Below, piece after piece: positions 9,736-18,980 of a DNA stretch of 64,000 nucleotides. The notes below the pieces were generated by a model. The model saw nothing but the letters and a program-made list of their open reading frames with translations, was not told where the DNA came from and did not search any database. The translations under genes and the position numbers were made by a program. Every line of letters begins with the position of its first letter. Position 1 is the first letter of the stretch. The stretch is from an uncultured bacterium (GTDB taxonomy: Bacteria; Fidelibacterota; Marinisomatia; Marinisomatales; JACNKV01), in the NCBI GenBank assembly GCA_964422145.1, contig CAYQZV010000002.1, positions 150,817 to 214,816 of the forward strand, read 5' to 3'.

Positions 9736-11105
9736 CAAACACACTTCACATCCTGGATTGGCTCGTGCTGATCGCTTATGTCATTGTCTTAATATTCATT
9801 GGGTTATTCCGTGCTAACCGCAAAGAAAAAGATCAGGAAGAATTCATCCTTGCCGGCAGACGAATCAGCCTTCCTGGTTTTGTTGCATCGTTGGTTGCCA
9901 CCTGGTACGGCGGGATTCTCGGAGTTGGAGAAAATACGTTTTTATATGGAATTCAAACTTGGGTGATTTTTGGGCTACCCTATTACATTTTTTCCGCTGC
10001 GTTTGCGTATTGGATCGCTCCGAAAATTCGTGAAAAAAACCTTCTTTCCATCCCGGACCATTTCCATCACACGTACGGTAAATTCCCCGGTGTGGTCAGC
10101 GGTATCTATCTGCTGTTCCTGTCAAGTCCGGCTCCGTATATTCTCAGCATCAGCATTCTGCTTCAGCATACGTTCGGGCTTCCATTTGGCTGGGCGCTGC
10201 TGTCGGCGACTATGATCAGCATGATCTACATTTGGTTCGGCGGATTCGGAGCCGTCGTCCGCACCGACATTCTTCAATTCATTCTGATGTTCTCCGGATT
10301 TATTCTTCTCATCGTTTTCGCATGGATGAAAGCCGGCTCACCCCTTTCCATTTTATCTCACCTTCCGGATTCACATCTCAATCCGACGGGCGGGCATTCT
10401 CTCCAATATATTTTTGTATGGTTTTTCATCGCTTTATGGACGTTTGTTGATCCCGGTTTTTATCAGCGATCGGCTGCGGCAAAAACGCCTGATATTGCAA
10501 AAAATGGAATCCTGATCTCGATCGGATTTTGGTTCGTTTTTGATTTGCTGACATTAACGGCAGGTCTCTACGCCAGAGTCCTTGTGCCGGGCTGCGAACC
10601 GTTATTCAGCTTCCCGGAATTGGGCCAGTTTTTACTGCCCCCCCTTTTTTATGGTATTTTTCTGGTTGGAATTCTTTCAACGATCATGTCCACCATAGAT
10701 TCGCTCGGCTTGATCAGTGCTGTCACATTCGGAAGAGACATCTTTTGGCCATTTCGAAAGAAAACCAATCCTGCTGACCTCACCCGATATGGTTTAATTA
10801 TCACTGCCGTTCTGTCCATTCTTCTGGCGGTAACTTTACCCTCTGTTGTAAGTCTTTGGTATACGATCGGATCGCTGATCATCCCCGGATTACTGCTCCC
10901 ATTCCTATTTACTTTTAAACAACGATTTACCATTTCACCCATTCCGGCATTGATGTGGCTTGTCCTTCCGGTCGCAGTCTCACTCGGATGGTATCTAACA
11001 AGTTTTATCATCCATGACTATCCATTCGGGCTTGAACCGTTTTATCCGGGGTTACTCGTTTCAATCATTTTCTATCAATTTGGTGCCCGCAGCCATGCAC
11101 ATTGA
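9732..11105 (+). CDS. sodium:solute symporter family transporter
   Basis: The start is moved to MTNTLHILDW (ATG 9732, ATGA overlap with the TPK stop). About 12-13 predicted TM helices and an SSS-like N-terminal region (WYGGILGVGE). Confidence 0.6.
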   Translation: MTNTLHILDWLVLIAYVIVLIFIGLFRANRKEKDQEEFILAGRRISLPGFVASLVATWYGGILGVGENTFLYGIQTWVIFGLPYYIFSAAFAYWIAPKIREKNLLSIPDHFHHTYGKFPGVVSGIYLLFLSSPAPYILSISILLQHTFGLPFGWALLSATMISMIYIWFGGFGAVVRTDILQFILMFSGFILLIVFAWMKAGSPLSILSHLPDSHLNPTGGHSLQYIFVWFFIALWTFVDPGFYQRSAAAKTPDIAKNGILISIGFWFVFDLLTLTAGLYARVLVPGCEPLFSFPELGQFLLPPLFYGIFLVGILSTIMSTIDSLGLISAVTFGRDIFWPFRKKTNPADLTRYGLIITAVLSILLAVTLPSVVSLWYTIGSLIIPGLLLPFLFTFKQRFTISPIPALMWLVLPVAVSLGWYLTSFIIHDYPFGLEPFYPGLLVSIIFYQFGARSHAH

Positions 11106-11562
11106 GATTGAACGGAAGTTCCTTGTTTCTCCTTCATGGATTTCATCCGGCAAAGGTGTTCTCATTCGTCAGGGATATATTTATTCGGATGAAAAAACAG
11201 CGATACGGATTCGCACAATGGATGAATCCGGAGTTTTCACCCTTAAATCATCGTTAACCACATTATCCAAACGGGAGTTTGAATACGATATTCCGTACGA
11301 CGATGCGTTAGCCGTCCTTGAGTCTCTATGCAAAAAACCGCCGATTGTCAAAACACGTTATTCGGAAACTGCCTCCGGACATGATTGGATCATTGATGTC
11401 TTTCATGAAAAAAACGAAGGGCTGATCCTTGCAGAAATTGAACTGATGACGGAAGATGAGACTTTTGATCTGCCTGACTGGATTAATAAAGAAGTTACAG
11501 ATGATCCAAAATATTTGAATTCAAGTCTTTATCATTTACCTTTTAATCAATGGAACGATTAA
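11095..11562 (+). CDS. CYTH-domain (triphosphate tunnel metalloenzyme) protein
   Basis: The start is moved to MHIEIERKFLV. EIERKF is the ExExK CYTH signature. About 155 aa. Confidence 0.8.
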   Translation: MHIEIERKFLVSPSWISSGKGVLIRQGYIYSDEKTAIRIRTMDESGVFTLKSSLTTLSKREFEYDIPYDDALAVLESLCKKPPIVKTRYSETASGHDWIIDVFHEKNEGLILAEIELMTEDETFDLPDWINKEVTDDPKYLNSSLYHLPFNQWND

Positions 11563-11563
11563 T

Positions 11564-13324
11564 ATGAAACGTATTGTTATTACCCTCAATTTAATTACTC
11601 CGATCTTTGCATCGGGATTGAAAGTTTCTCCCATCCATTGGGGGGTCTTAATTATGGGATTATTCGGCGGACTCGCCCTTTTCCTGTATGGCATGGAAAA
11701 AATGAGTGCCGGGATGAAAAAAGCCGCCGGAAACCGCATGCGAAATATTTTATCCATGCTCACTCATAACCGATTGATCGCCATGTTCGTCGGTGCGTTT
11801 GTAACGATGGTGATCCAAAGCAGCAGCGCCACCACCGTCATGCTGGTTAGTTTTGTCCAGGCGCAACTGATGACTTATGTGCAGTCCATCGGGATTATTC
11901 TCGGTGCCAATATCGGAACAACCATCACCGCTCAGCTCATCGCATTTAAATTAACCGATTATGCCCTGCTGATGATCACTGTCGGATTCGCACTAACCAT
12001 GTTCTCGAAAAAAGATTCCTACAAGTACCTTGGTGAAGCAATCCTCGGGTTTGGAATTCTGTTTTTCGGAATGAAACTCATGTCCGATGCGATGAGGCCG
12101 CTTCGCGAATTTCAGCCGTTTATTGACTCGATCAAAGGATTGGAGAACCCGTTCATCGGATTGCTGATCGGTGCAGGATTTACAGCGCTGATCCAAAGCA
12201 GTTCTGCACTGACAGGGATTGTCATCGTGTTGGCACAGCAGGGACTCCTGACCCTTGAAGCCGGGATTCCATTGATATTTGGTGCGAATGTCGGGACTTG
12301 TATCACAGCGTGGCTGGCAAGCATCGGGACGGCACGTGAAGCCAAACGAGTCGCATTAGCGCATATTCTCTTCAATTTAAGCGGTGTCATTCTATTCTTC
12401 TTTTTCATTCCCTACTTAGCGGATGTGGTGCGTATCATTTCCCCAACATCTCATGGAAGCGGATTAGAAAAACTCGCCGCAGAAACACCCAGACAAATTG
12501 CGAATGCCCATACTATCTTCAACGTTATTGTAGGATTGGTTTTTCTTCCATTTACACATATACTCGCAAAATATGTTATCCGGATCTTACCTGAAATAGA
12601 AATTGAAAAAGGCATTCAACCCGTCATTTGGCATTTGGATAAAAGCCAGATCCACCATCCTTCTATCGCAATCGGATTAGCGCAATCAGAAATTCTAACC
12701 ATGGTGAAATTGATCCGGAAAATGCTAAAGGCATCCATCAAACAGTTTTTCAGCAAGAATGTTTTACCGGACCATAAATATCCTGAGTTGACCCTTTCAG
12801 AAGGTATTCATATGCGAGAGAACAAAATTGATTTTCTGGAGGAAAAAGTGACTCAGTATTTATTCGAAATTGGACGGTCTGAGCTGAATGATAAACAAAC
12901 CAGTGAAATATACGCCATGACCTCGATCGTAAAAGATCTTGAAAGTATCGGGGATGTGATTGATAAAAATATTGTTCCTTTAATGAAGAAAAAAGAACAA
13001 ACCAAATTTGATTTTACATCCGAAGGGAAAAAAGAGTTAGTTGCCTTTCACACAAAAGTGATGAAACAAGTCAGCCGTTTGACCGATGCATTTTCAGAAC
13101 TCAATCTTGACATGGCAAATAAGATCGTCATGAAAGATCTGAAATACCGCGACTTAGAATCCGATTTCAGAAAACTGCATATGGAGCGGGTTCAGAAAGA
13201 ATTAACCAAATCCATTGCCACGCATGAGGTTCATCTTGAGCTCATGGACTTGTTCAAACAGATCAATGTCTATTTAGCAAATATTGCTAAGACCATATCA
13301 CGGATTGATCCGGATCATACCTAA
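11564..13324 (+). CDS. Na/Pi cotransporter family protein with C-terminal PhoU-like domain
   Basis: Duplicated QSSSATT / QSSSALT motifs of NptA/YjbB-type transporters, plus a helical PhoU-like tail. Confidence 0.85.
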   Translation: MKRIVITLNLITPIFASGLKVSPIHWGVLIMGLFGGLALFLYGMEKMSAGMKKAAGNRMRNILSMLTHNRLIAMFVGAFVTMVIQSSSATTVMLVSFVQAQLMTYVQSIGIILGANIGTTITAQLIAFKLTDYALLMITVGFALTMFSKKDSYKYLGEAILGFGILFFGMKLMSDAMRPLREFQPFIDSIKGLENPFIGLLIGAGFTALIQSSSALTGIVIVLAQQGLLTLEAGIPLIFGANVGTCITAWLASIGTAREAKRVALAHILFNLSGVILFFFFIPYLADVVRIISPTSHGSGLEKLAAETPRQIANAHTIFNVIVGLVFLPFTHILAKYVIRILPEIEIEKGIQPVIWHLDKSQIHHPSIAIGLAQSEILTMVKLIRKMLKASIKQFFSKNVLPDHKYPELTLSEGIHMRENKIDFLEEKVTQYLFEIGRSELNDKQTSEIYAMTSIVKDLESIGDVIDKNIVPLMKKKEQTKFDFTSEGKKELVAFHTKVMKQVSRLTDAFSELNLDMANKIVMKDLKYRDLESDFRKLHMERVQKELTKSIATHEVHLELMDLFKQINVYLANIAKTISRIDPDHT

Positions 13325-13325
13325 T

Positions 13326-13353
13326 AAAAAAGCCCCGATGTCGGGGCTTTTTT
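13326..13353. terminator. bidirectional intrinsic terminator between convergent genes
   Basis: AGCCCCGA/TCGGGGCT stem flanked by an A-run and a T-run. Confidence 0.85.
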
Positions 13354-13368
13354 CGATTGTAATTTCGA

Positions 13369-14364
13369 TTAATATCGATCGGCACTGCCCAAAACGTTCT
13401 TGATCTTGTGCTTGTATAATTCCTTCAGTGAATCTCGTGCCGGGCCTAAATATTTTCTCGGATCAAAAGCATCCGGTGAATCATTAAACACTTTACGGAT
13501 TGCCGCCGTCATCGCTAAACGTCCGTCTGAATCGATATTGATCTTACAAACAGCAGAGATTGCGGCTTGACGAAGCTGCTCTTCCGGGATGCCGATTGCT
13601 TCTTTCAACTCACCGCCATGCTGATTGATCGTATCTACCAAATTTTCCGGGACGGATGAAGATCCGTGCAATACAATTGGAAATCCGGGAAGTTTCTTCT
13701 CAATCTCTTCAAGAACATCAAATTTCAGCGGCGGAGGAATCATCTGTCCGTCTTCATTTCGGGTACATTGTTCAGCCGTGAACTTGAATGCGCCGTGTGA
13801 GGTCCCGATGGAAATTGCCAGAGAATCACAGCCTGTTCTTTCAACAAATTCGATCACTTCTTCCGGGCGGGTGTAGGTAGATTCTTCAGCAACAACATCA
13901 TCTTCGATTCCGGCTAAAATTCCCAATTCTCCCTCAACGGTTACATCAAATTGATGGGCATAATCCACTACTTTTTTTGTGAGAGCAATATTGTCTTCGA
14001 AGGAGTGATGAGAGGCATCGATCATTATAGATGAAAATCCCATGTCGATACATTCCTTGCAAAGCTCGAAGGTATCACCATGATCTAAATGAACTGCAAT
14101 CGGAAATTTTCCTCCCAGCTCTTTGGCATATTCAACCGCGCCTTGAGCCATGTACCTCAGCAGCGTTTGGTTCGCATATTTTCTCGCACCGGATGACACC
14201 TGTAAAATGACAGGGGAACCCGTTTCGGCGCAGGCTTGCATAATAGCTTGAAGCTGCTCCATATTATTAAAATTGTACGCAGGAACGGCATATTCGCCTT
14301 CCATCGCTTTTTTAAACATTTCTCTCGTGTTCACGAGCCCCAACTCTTTATAATGAATCGGCAT
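13369..14364 (-). CDS. fba: class II fructose-bisphosphate aldolase
   Basis: The start is moved to MPIHYKELGLVN. The longer ORF would overlap pfp. Motifs: AYNFNN, HLDHG, VLHGSS. Confidence 0.92.
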   Translation of the reverse strand: MPIHYKELGLVNTREMFKKAMEGEYAVPAYNFNNMEQLQAIMQACAETGSPVILQVSSGARKYANQTLLRYMAQGAVEYAKELGGKFPIAVHLDHGDTFELCKECIDMGFSSIMIDASHHSFEDNIALTKKVVDYAHQFDVTVEGELGILAGIEDDVVAEESTYTRPEEVIEFVERTGCDSLAISIGTSHGAFKFTAEQCTRNEDGQMIPPPLKFDVLEEIEKKLPGFPIVLHGSSSVPENLVDTINQHGGELKEAIGIPEEQLRQAAISAVCKINIDSDGRLAMTAAIRKVFNDSPDAFDPRKYLGPARDSLKELYKHKIKNVLGSADRY

Positions 14365-14378
14365 ACTATATTTCCTTT

Positions 14379-15575
14379 CTACTGTTGTTGACCAATGTCG
14401 GTTAATAACTGCTGAAACCAATCGAGGTCAAAATCGAACGGTTTTCCGCCTTTAATTCTTTTGAAGTCTATCAGGGATAATTCTCTCATCTTGTCATCAT
14501 CCATTCCAACAACTCCATTCTCTTTTTTAAGAGCAAATTTTGCTGCCAGGGATGCTGATTTTTTGATCAATTCCAAATCTTGACCATTTGCAGCGGCAGA
14601 CCTTGCAAAATATCCGCTTTTTTGCACAAGGGTTTTCCCGGCATCAAGTTGTTTCGCAAATTGTTTTGCAAACCACTGACCGGGGTTGATCTCATCCAGA
14701 CGAACATGTCCGAACGCATCCCGCGGTACGGTTTCACCATTTTCTTCCATTTCGCGAACGATAGCATCTACACCGGCTCCTTCACTCAGGAAAATGTTCA
14801 CACCATCTTTTTCATCCATCCGCTTGCGAAGACGTTCAATCTCGTCCTTCATATTAAAATCCATCTCCGGAATGTAGACTGCATCGATATCCCAACGTTT
14901 TTTATCCAATAACAACTCTGGGAAAAAACTGCGTTTTTCTAATCGTTCGCGATAAGATTTTGCTGTGGCTGCTGTCAGCCAGCCGCAATTTCTTCCCATC
15001 ACTTCATGAATAATGAGTTGGCGAGTGCTGGTTGTATTTTCATTGGCAATGTTTTCAAAAAAGACAGCCCCTTTTTCAGCCGCCGTCCATGCCCCCAAAG
15101 TTTGTGTGATGGGATACACATCATTATCCACTGTTTTAGGCATGCCCACAACGGTGAGATTATAATCATTCTCCTCAAGATAATGAGACAGCTCTGCGGC
15201 CATTGTATTTGTATCATCTCCGCCGATTGTATGCAGGATGTCCACTTGATCTTTTACTAATTGATCTGCGGCAACTTTTAACGGGGTTTCTCCTTCTTGA
15301 ATCAGTCCTCGTTTTAGACAATCTTCAATGTTGGTTAGTTTAACGCGACTGTTTCCAATTGGACTGCCCCCGAACGAGTATAAATCTTCCACGTGATCTT
15401 TTACATTTTTCGGGAATGGAATGGAATTGCCTAAAAGCAATCCTTGATACCCGTTTAAATATCCAATCATATCGGCTTCAGGAGCGATCTCAGAATATTT
15501 TTCGATCAGTCCTCCGATTGAGGCTGATAAGCAGGGAGCGATCCCGCCCGCGGTAAGAAAAGCTATTTTCATCAT
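14379..15575 (-). CDS. pfp: pyrophosphate-dependent 6-phosphofructokinase
   Basis: PFK fold, with GGDDT (Asp instead of the Gly of ATP-PFKs) and MPKTVDND (Lys instead of Gly). Confidence 0.85.
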   Translation of the reverse strand: MMKIAFLTAGGIAPCLSASIGGLIEKYSEIAPEADMIGYLNGYQGLLLGNSIPFPKNVKDHVEDLYSFGGSPIGNSRVKLTNIEDCLKRGLIQEGETPLKVAADQLVKDQVDILHTIGGDDTNTMAAELSHYLEENDYNLTVVGMPKTVDNDVYPITQTLGAWTAAEKGAVFFENIANENTTSTRQLIIHEVMGRNCGWLTAATAKSYRERLEKRSFFPELLLDKKRWDIDAVYIPEMDFNMKDEIERLRKRMDEKDGVNIFLSEGAGVDAIVREMEENGETVPRDAFGHVRLDEINPGQWFAKQFAKQLDAGKTLVQKSGYFARSAAANGQDLELIKKSASLAAKFALKKENGVVGMDDDKMRELSLIDFKRIKGGKPFDFDLDWFQQLLTDIGQQQ

Positions 15576-15723
15576 TTATTCTCCAAATAAAAGACTGAAA
15601 TTTACGCATTTTTCATTATTGATTTCCTATTTTAATCACCAATTAATTTTGATAATTCAAAATCATTTAAGGTTTTCAAATAATAAATGTTCTTAGTTTT
15701 CAATTACCGATTGTAGGTCTATT

Positions 15724-17670
15724 ATGATGAAACATCCGTTATGGAAACCGAATCCCGAAAAAGCTGAAAATAGTCAAATGGCTCAGTTTCTTGAATATAT
15801 CAATGACCGGCTTCATTTACACTTAACTCATTACCATGAATTGCATGAATGGTCCGTAAAAAATCCAACTGAATTCTGGGAATTCGCCTGGAGGTATTTT
15901 GATGTAATCTCATCCGAATCATACTCATCAATTGTCGATGATGTTCATAAGATGCCCGGCGCGAAATGGTTTGAAGGTGCTCAACTTAATTTTGCTGAAA
16001 ATCTTCTTCGTTTCCGAGACGATAAATACGCGGTGATATTCTGTTCAGAAAGCGGAGCGTCCTACTCCCTATCATATCGAGAGCTTTACCAAAAAGTTAC
16101 TGAAACAGCTTCTGCGTTAAAAAGTCTTGGAGTTCAAAAGGGAGATCGCGTTGCCGGATTCTTGCCGAATATCCCTGAAACGGTTATTATAATGCTGGCG
16201 GCAGCCTCTATCGGAGCGGTTTGGAGTTCTTCCTCCCCCGATTTTGGGATTAAGGGCGTACTGGATCGTTTTTCACAAATTAAACCTAAGGTGCTTTTTT
16301 CATCTTACGGGTGTTATTATAACGGGAAAAAACTCTCAACCATTGATAAACTGAAACAGATCGTTCGACAATTACCCGATCTAGAAAAAGTGGTCATTGT
16401 TCCGTATGGAGTGCCCGCAAATATCTCCGAAATTGATAATTGTATTATGTGGGAGGAATTCCTATCCAAAGGAGAATCGGAGGAAATTCATTTTGAACAG
16501 CTTCCTTTTGATCATCCGTTATATATCATGTATTCATCCGGGACGACCGGACTACCGAAATCCATTGTGCATTCTGCAGGCGGAACCCTGCTTCAGCATC
16601 TGAAAGAGCTTCGATTGCACACGGATTTGCGCAGGGACGACACGATCTTCTATTTTACAACCTGCGGCTGGATGATGTGGAATTGGCTCGTGACATCGTT
16701 GGCTGTCGGGGCTACCATTGTACTTTATGACGGATCTCCATTTTTTCCGGATGGGAACAAACTTTGGGAGATGGCTGAATCGCTCGGGGTAACAGTTTTT
16801 GGAACCAGTGCAAAGTATTTGGCGTCATGTGAATCCGCCGGAATTCAACCGAGAACCCGTTTTGATTTATCAGCCATGAGAGCGATTCTGTCTACAGGTT
16901 CACCATTACCAGAAGAAAGTTTCGATTATGTATATCGGGATATAAAAACCGATGTCATGCTGAGTTCGATTGCCGGAGGAACGGATATCATCTCATGCTT
17001 TGTTCTCGGGAATCCGACCTTACCGGTTTATCGCGGAGAGATCCAGTGTGCAGGACTCGGAATGGATGTCGATGCTTTTAACGAACTCGGGGATTCATTG
17101 ATCAATCAAAATGGGGAGCTCGTCTGTAAAACTGCCTTCCCCTCCATGCCTATCTACTTCTGGAATGACGAAAACAACAAAAAATATGAAAATGCATATT
17201 TCAACCAATATCCCGGTGTTTGGCATCATGGAGATTATATTACGATTACATCCAACGGCGGAATTAAAATGCATGGGCGGAGTGATGCGACACTCAATCC
17301 CGGCGGTGTGCGGATCGGAACGGCAGAAATCTATCGCAGTATCGAGACCTTGCCCGAAATCGTGGACAGCTTGGTGATCGGGCAGCCTTGGAATCACGAC
17401 GAACGAGTGATCCTGTTCCTCAAACTTGCGGCAGGATATCAGCTTTCAGATGATCTTATTCACAACGTCAGAACAGTTATAAAAACACAATGCTCACCGC
17501 GGCACGTCCCTCAAAAGATCATCAAAGTCAATGACATCCCTTATACGATCAACGGGAAAAAAGTGGAACTGGCGGTGAAAAATATCCTCTGCGGTAAAGA
17601 GGTAACAAATACAGATGCATTAAAAAATCCTGAAGCGTTGGATGAATATAAAAGTCTCTCTGAACTTTAA
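15724..17670 (+). CDS. acetoacetate-CoA ligase (acetoacetyl-CoA synthetase)
   Basis: 648 aa. AMP-binding motif YSSGTTGLPK. The N-terminal LWKP...MAQF... region and overall layout are typical of acetoacetyl-CoA synthetases. Confidence 0.85.
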   Translation: MMKHPLWKPNPEKAENSQMAQFLEYINDRLHLHLTHYHELHEWSVKNPTEFWEFAWRYFDVISSESYSSIVDDVHKMPGAKWFEGAQLNFAENLLRFRDDKYAVIFCSESGASYSLSYRELYQKVTETASALKSLGVQKGDRVAGFLPNIPETVIIMLAAASIGAVWSSSSPDFGIKGVLDRFSQIKPKVLFSSYGCYYNGKKLSTIDKLKQIVRQLPDLEKVVIVPYGVPANISEIDNCIMWEEFLSKGESEEIHFEQLPFDHPLYIMYSSGTTGLPKSIVHSAGGTLLQHLKELRLHTDLRRDDTIFYFTTCGWMMWNWLVTSLAVGATIVLYDGSPFFPDGNKLWEMAESLGVTVFGTSAKYLASCESAGIQPRTRFDLSAMRAILSTGSPLPEESFDYVYRDIKTDVMLSSIAGGTDIISCFVLGNPTLPVYRGEIQCAGLGMDVDAFNELGDSLINQNGELVCKTAFPSMPIYFWNDENNKKYENAYFNQYPGVWHHGDYITITSNGGIKMHGRSDATLNPGGVRIGTAEIYRSIETLPEIVDSLVIGQPWNHDERVILFLKLAAGYQLSDDLIHNVRTVIKTQCSPRHVPQKIIKVNDIPYTINGKKVELAVKNILCGKEVTNTDALKNPEALDEYKSLSEL

Positions 17671-17744
17671 TATTGATTGCTATGGGTTTTGCCGATCAAA
17701 TAACTTTCCGACCATACTTTTTGGTGTAAATCCCGATTAAGATC

Positions 17745-18950
17745 ATGACCACGACATTCAAAGCCGGACCTATAAGAAACAACCTTTGCAGCGACCTTCG
17801 TGTGTCCTACATCCCTTCTTCTGACGCGCTGACGATTGATATTCAAAACGAGACTGAGATTTCAAACTCTGCTTTGTTAAAAAACCATGCCAAGGCCGTT
17901 TGTAACGAATTGAGCGTAGAAACCGGGCACTTGATGTTAGAAGATTACAATGCTCCATCTTTTGTCATTTCTGCCCGCATTGAATCGGTTTTGAAAAAGG
18001 CGAATCCGAAATTAAACAAAGACGTGTTACCGGACATGACACCGGATTCACAATCCCCCACTTCCAGGGACAGGCTCCGCCGAAGCCGGCTTTACGTCCC
18101 GGGGAATCAAGTCAAACGTATGCTGAGCGCGGGCACATACAAACCTGACGGGGTCATTCTTGATCTGGAAGATTCCGTGTCTCCGGCTGAAAAAGAAGAT
18201 ACTCGGTATTTAATCCGAAACGCACTTCGAGCTCTGGACTTTCACGGTGCTGAGCAAATGATGCGAATTAATCATGGAGAGACGGGATTAAAAGATTTGA
18301 CGTTCGTCATTCCGCATCCGGTGCATCTGATTCTAATCCCGAAAGTTGAAAGTGCTGATCAACTCATTGCTGTCGATAATAAAATCGCAGAGATCAGTAA
18401 ATCCTGCGGACGAACAGAACCGGTGTTCCTCATGCCGATCATTGAATCCGCACGCGGCGTTTTGAATGCGTTGGAGATCGCTGAAGCGTCACCAAATAAT
18501 GTAGCATTGGCTATCGGATTGGAAGACTACACCGCCGATATCCGAACCCAGCGAACCGATAAAGACAGGGAATCACTCTTTGCCCGAAGCATGATCGTCA
18601 ATGCCGCTCGTGCTGCAGGTTTGCAGCCCATCGATGCAGTGTTCACGGATTTCGGAGACGAAAAAGGGCTGCGTGAATCCGTGCGGGAAGCCAAACAATT
18701 AGGCTTCGACGGAAAAGGATGTATCCATCCATACCAGATCAAACCCATCCATGAAGAATTTGCACCGCTTGAGTCAGAAGTAGAAAAAGCTAAAGAGATT
18801 GTTTTAGCCTTTGAACAAGCTGAAACAGAAAATTTGGGTGTCGTTTCCATCGGAACAAAGATGGTCGATCCGCCTGTTGTTAAACGCGCTCTCAACATCG
18901 TTCGACTTGCAATCGCGACCGGAATGCTGAATGAGGATTGGAATCATTAA
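17745..18950 (+). CDS. fusion of a CitD-like acyl-carrier domain and a CitE/HpcH-family (citryl-/malyl-CoA lyase beta-subunit) domain
   Basis: Residues ~1-90 align by eye to E. coli CitD (AG..SD.., IDIQN, LEDYNAPSFVISARIESVLKKA versus [22 protein letters not shown]). Residues ~110-401 carry CitE motifs (LDLEDSV, IPKVES, PIIES, GLEDY, GKGCIHP). Confidence 0.7.
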   Translation: MTTTFKAGPIRNNLCSDLRVSYIPSSDALTIDIQNETEISNSALLKNHAKAVCNELSVETGHLMLEDYNAPSFVISARIESVLKKANPKLNKDVLPDMTPDSQSPTSRDRLRRSRLYVPGNQVKRMLSAGTYKPDGVILDLEDSVSPAEKEDTRYLIRNALRALDFHGAEQMMRINHGETGLKDLTFVIPHPVHLILIPKVESADQLIAVDNKIAEISKSCGRTEPVFLMPIIESARGVLNALEIAEASPNNVALAIGLEDYTADIRTQRTDKDRESLFARSMIVNAARAAGLQPIDAVFTDFGDEKGLRESVREAKQLGFDGKGCIHPYQIKPIHEEFAPLESEVEKAKEIVLAFEQAETENLGVVSIGTKMVDPPVVKRALNIVRLAIATGMLNEDWNH

Positions 18951-18980
18951 AATGTTAATTAACCAAAATCATTATCCACT

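Noticed and set aside
13369-14421. Longer 350-aa version of the aldolase ORF.
   Set aside because: The extension (MVSAVINRHWSTTVERKYS) overlaps the 3' end of pfp and is not aldolase-like. The internal start MPIHYKELG matches the family N-terminus.
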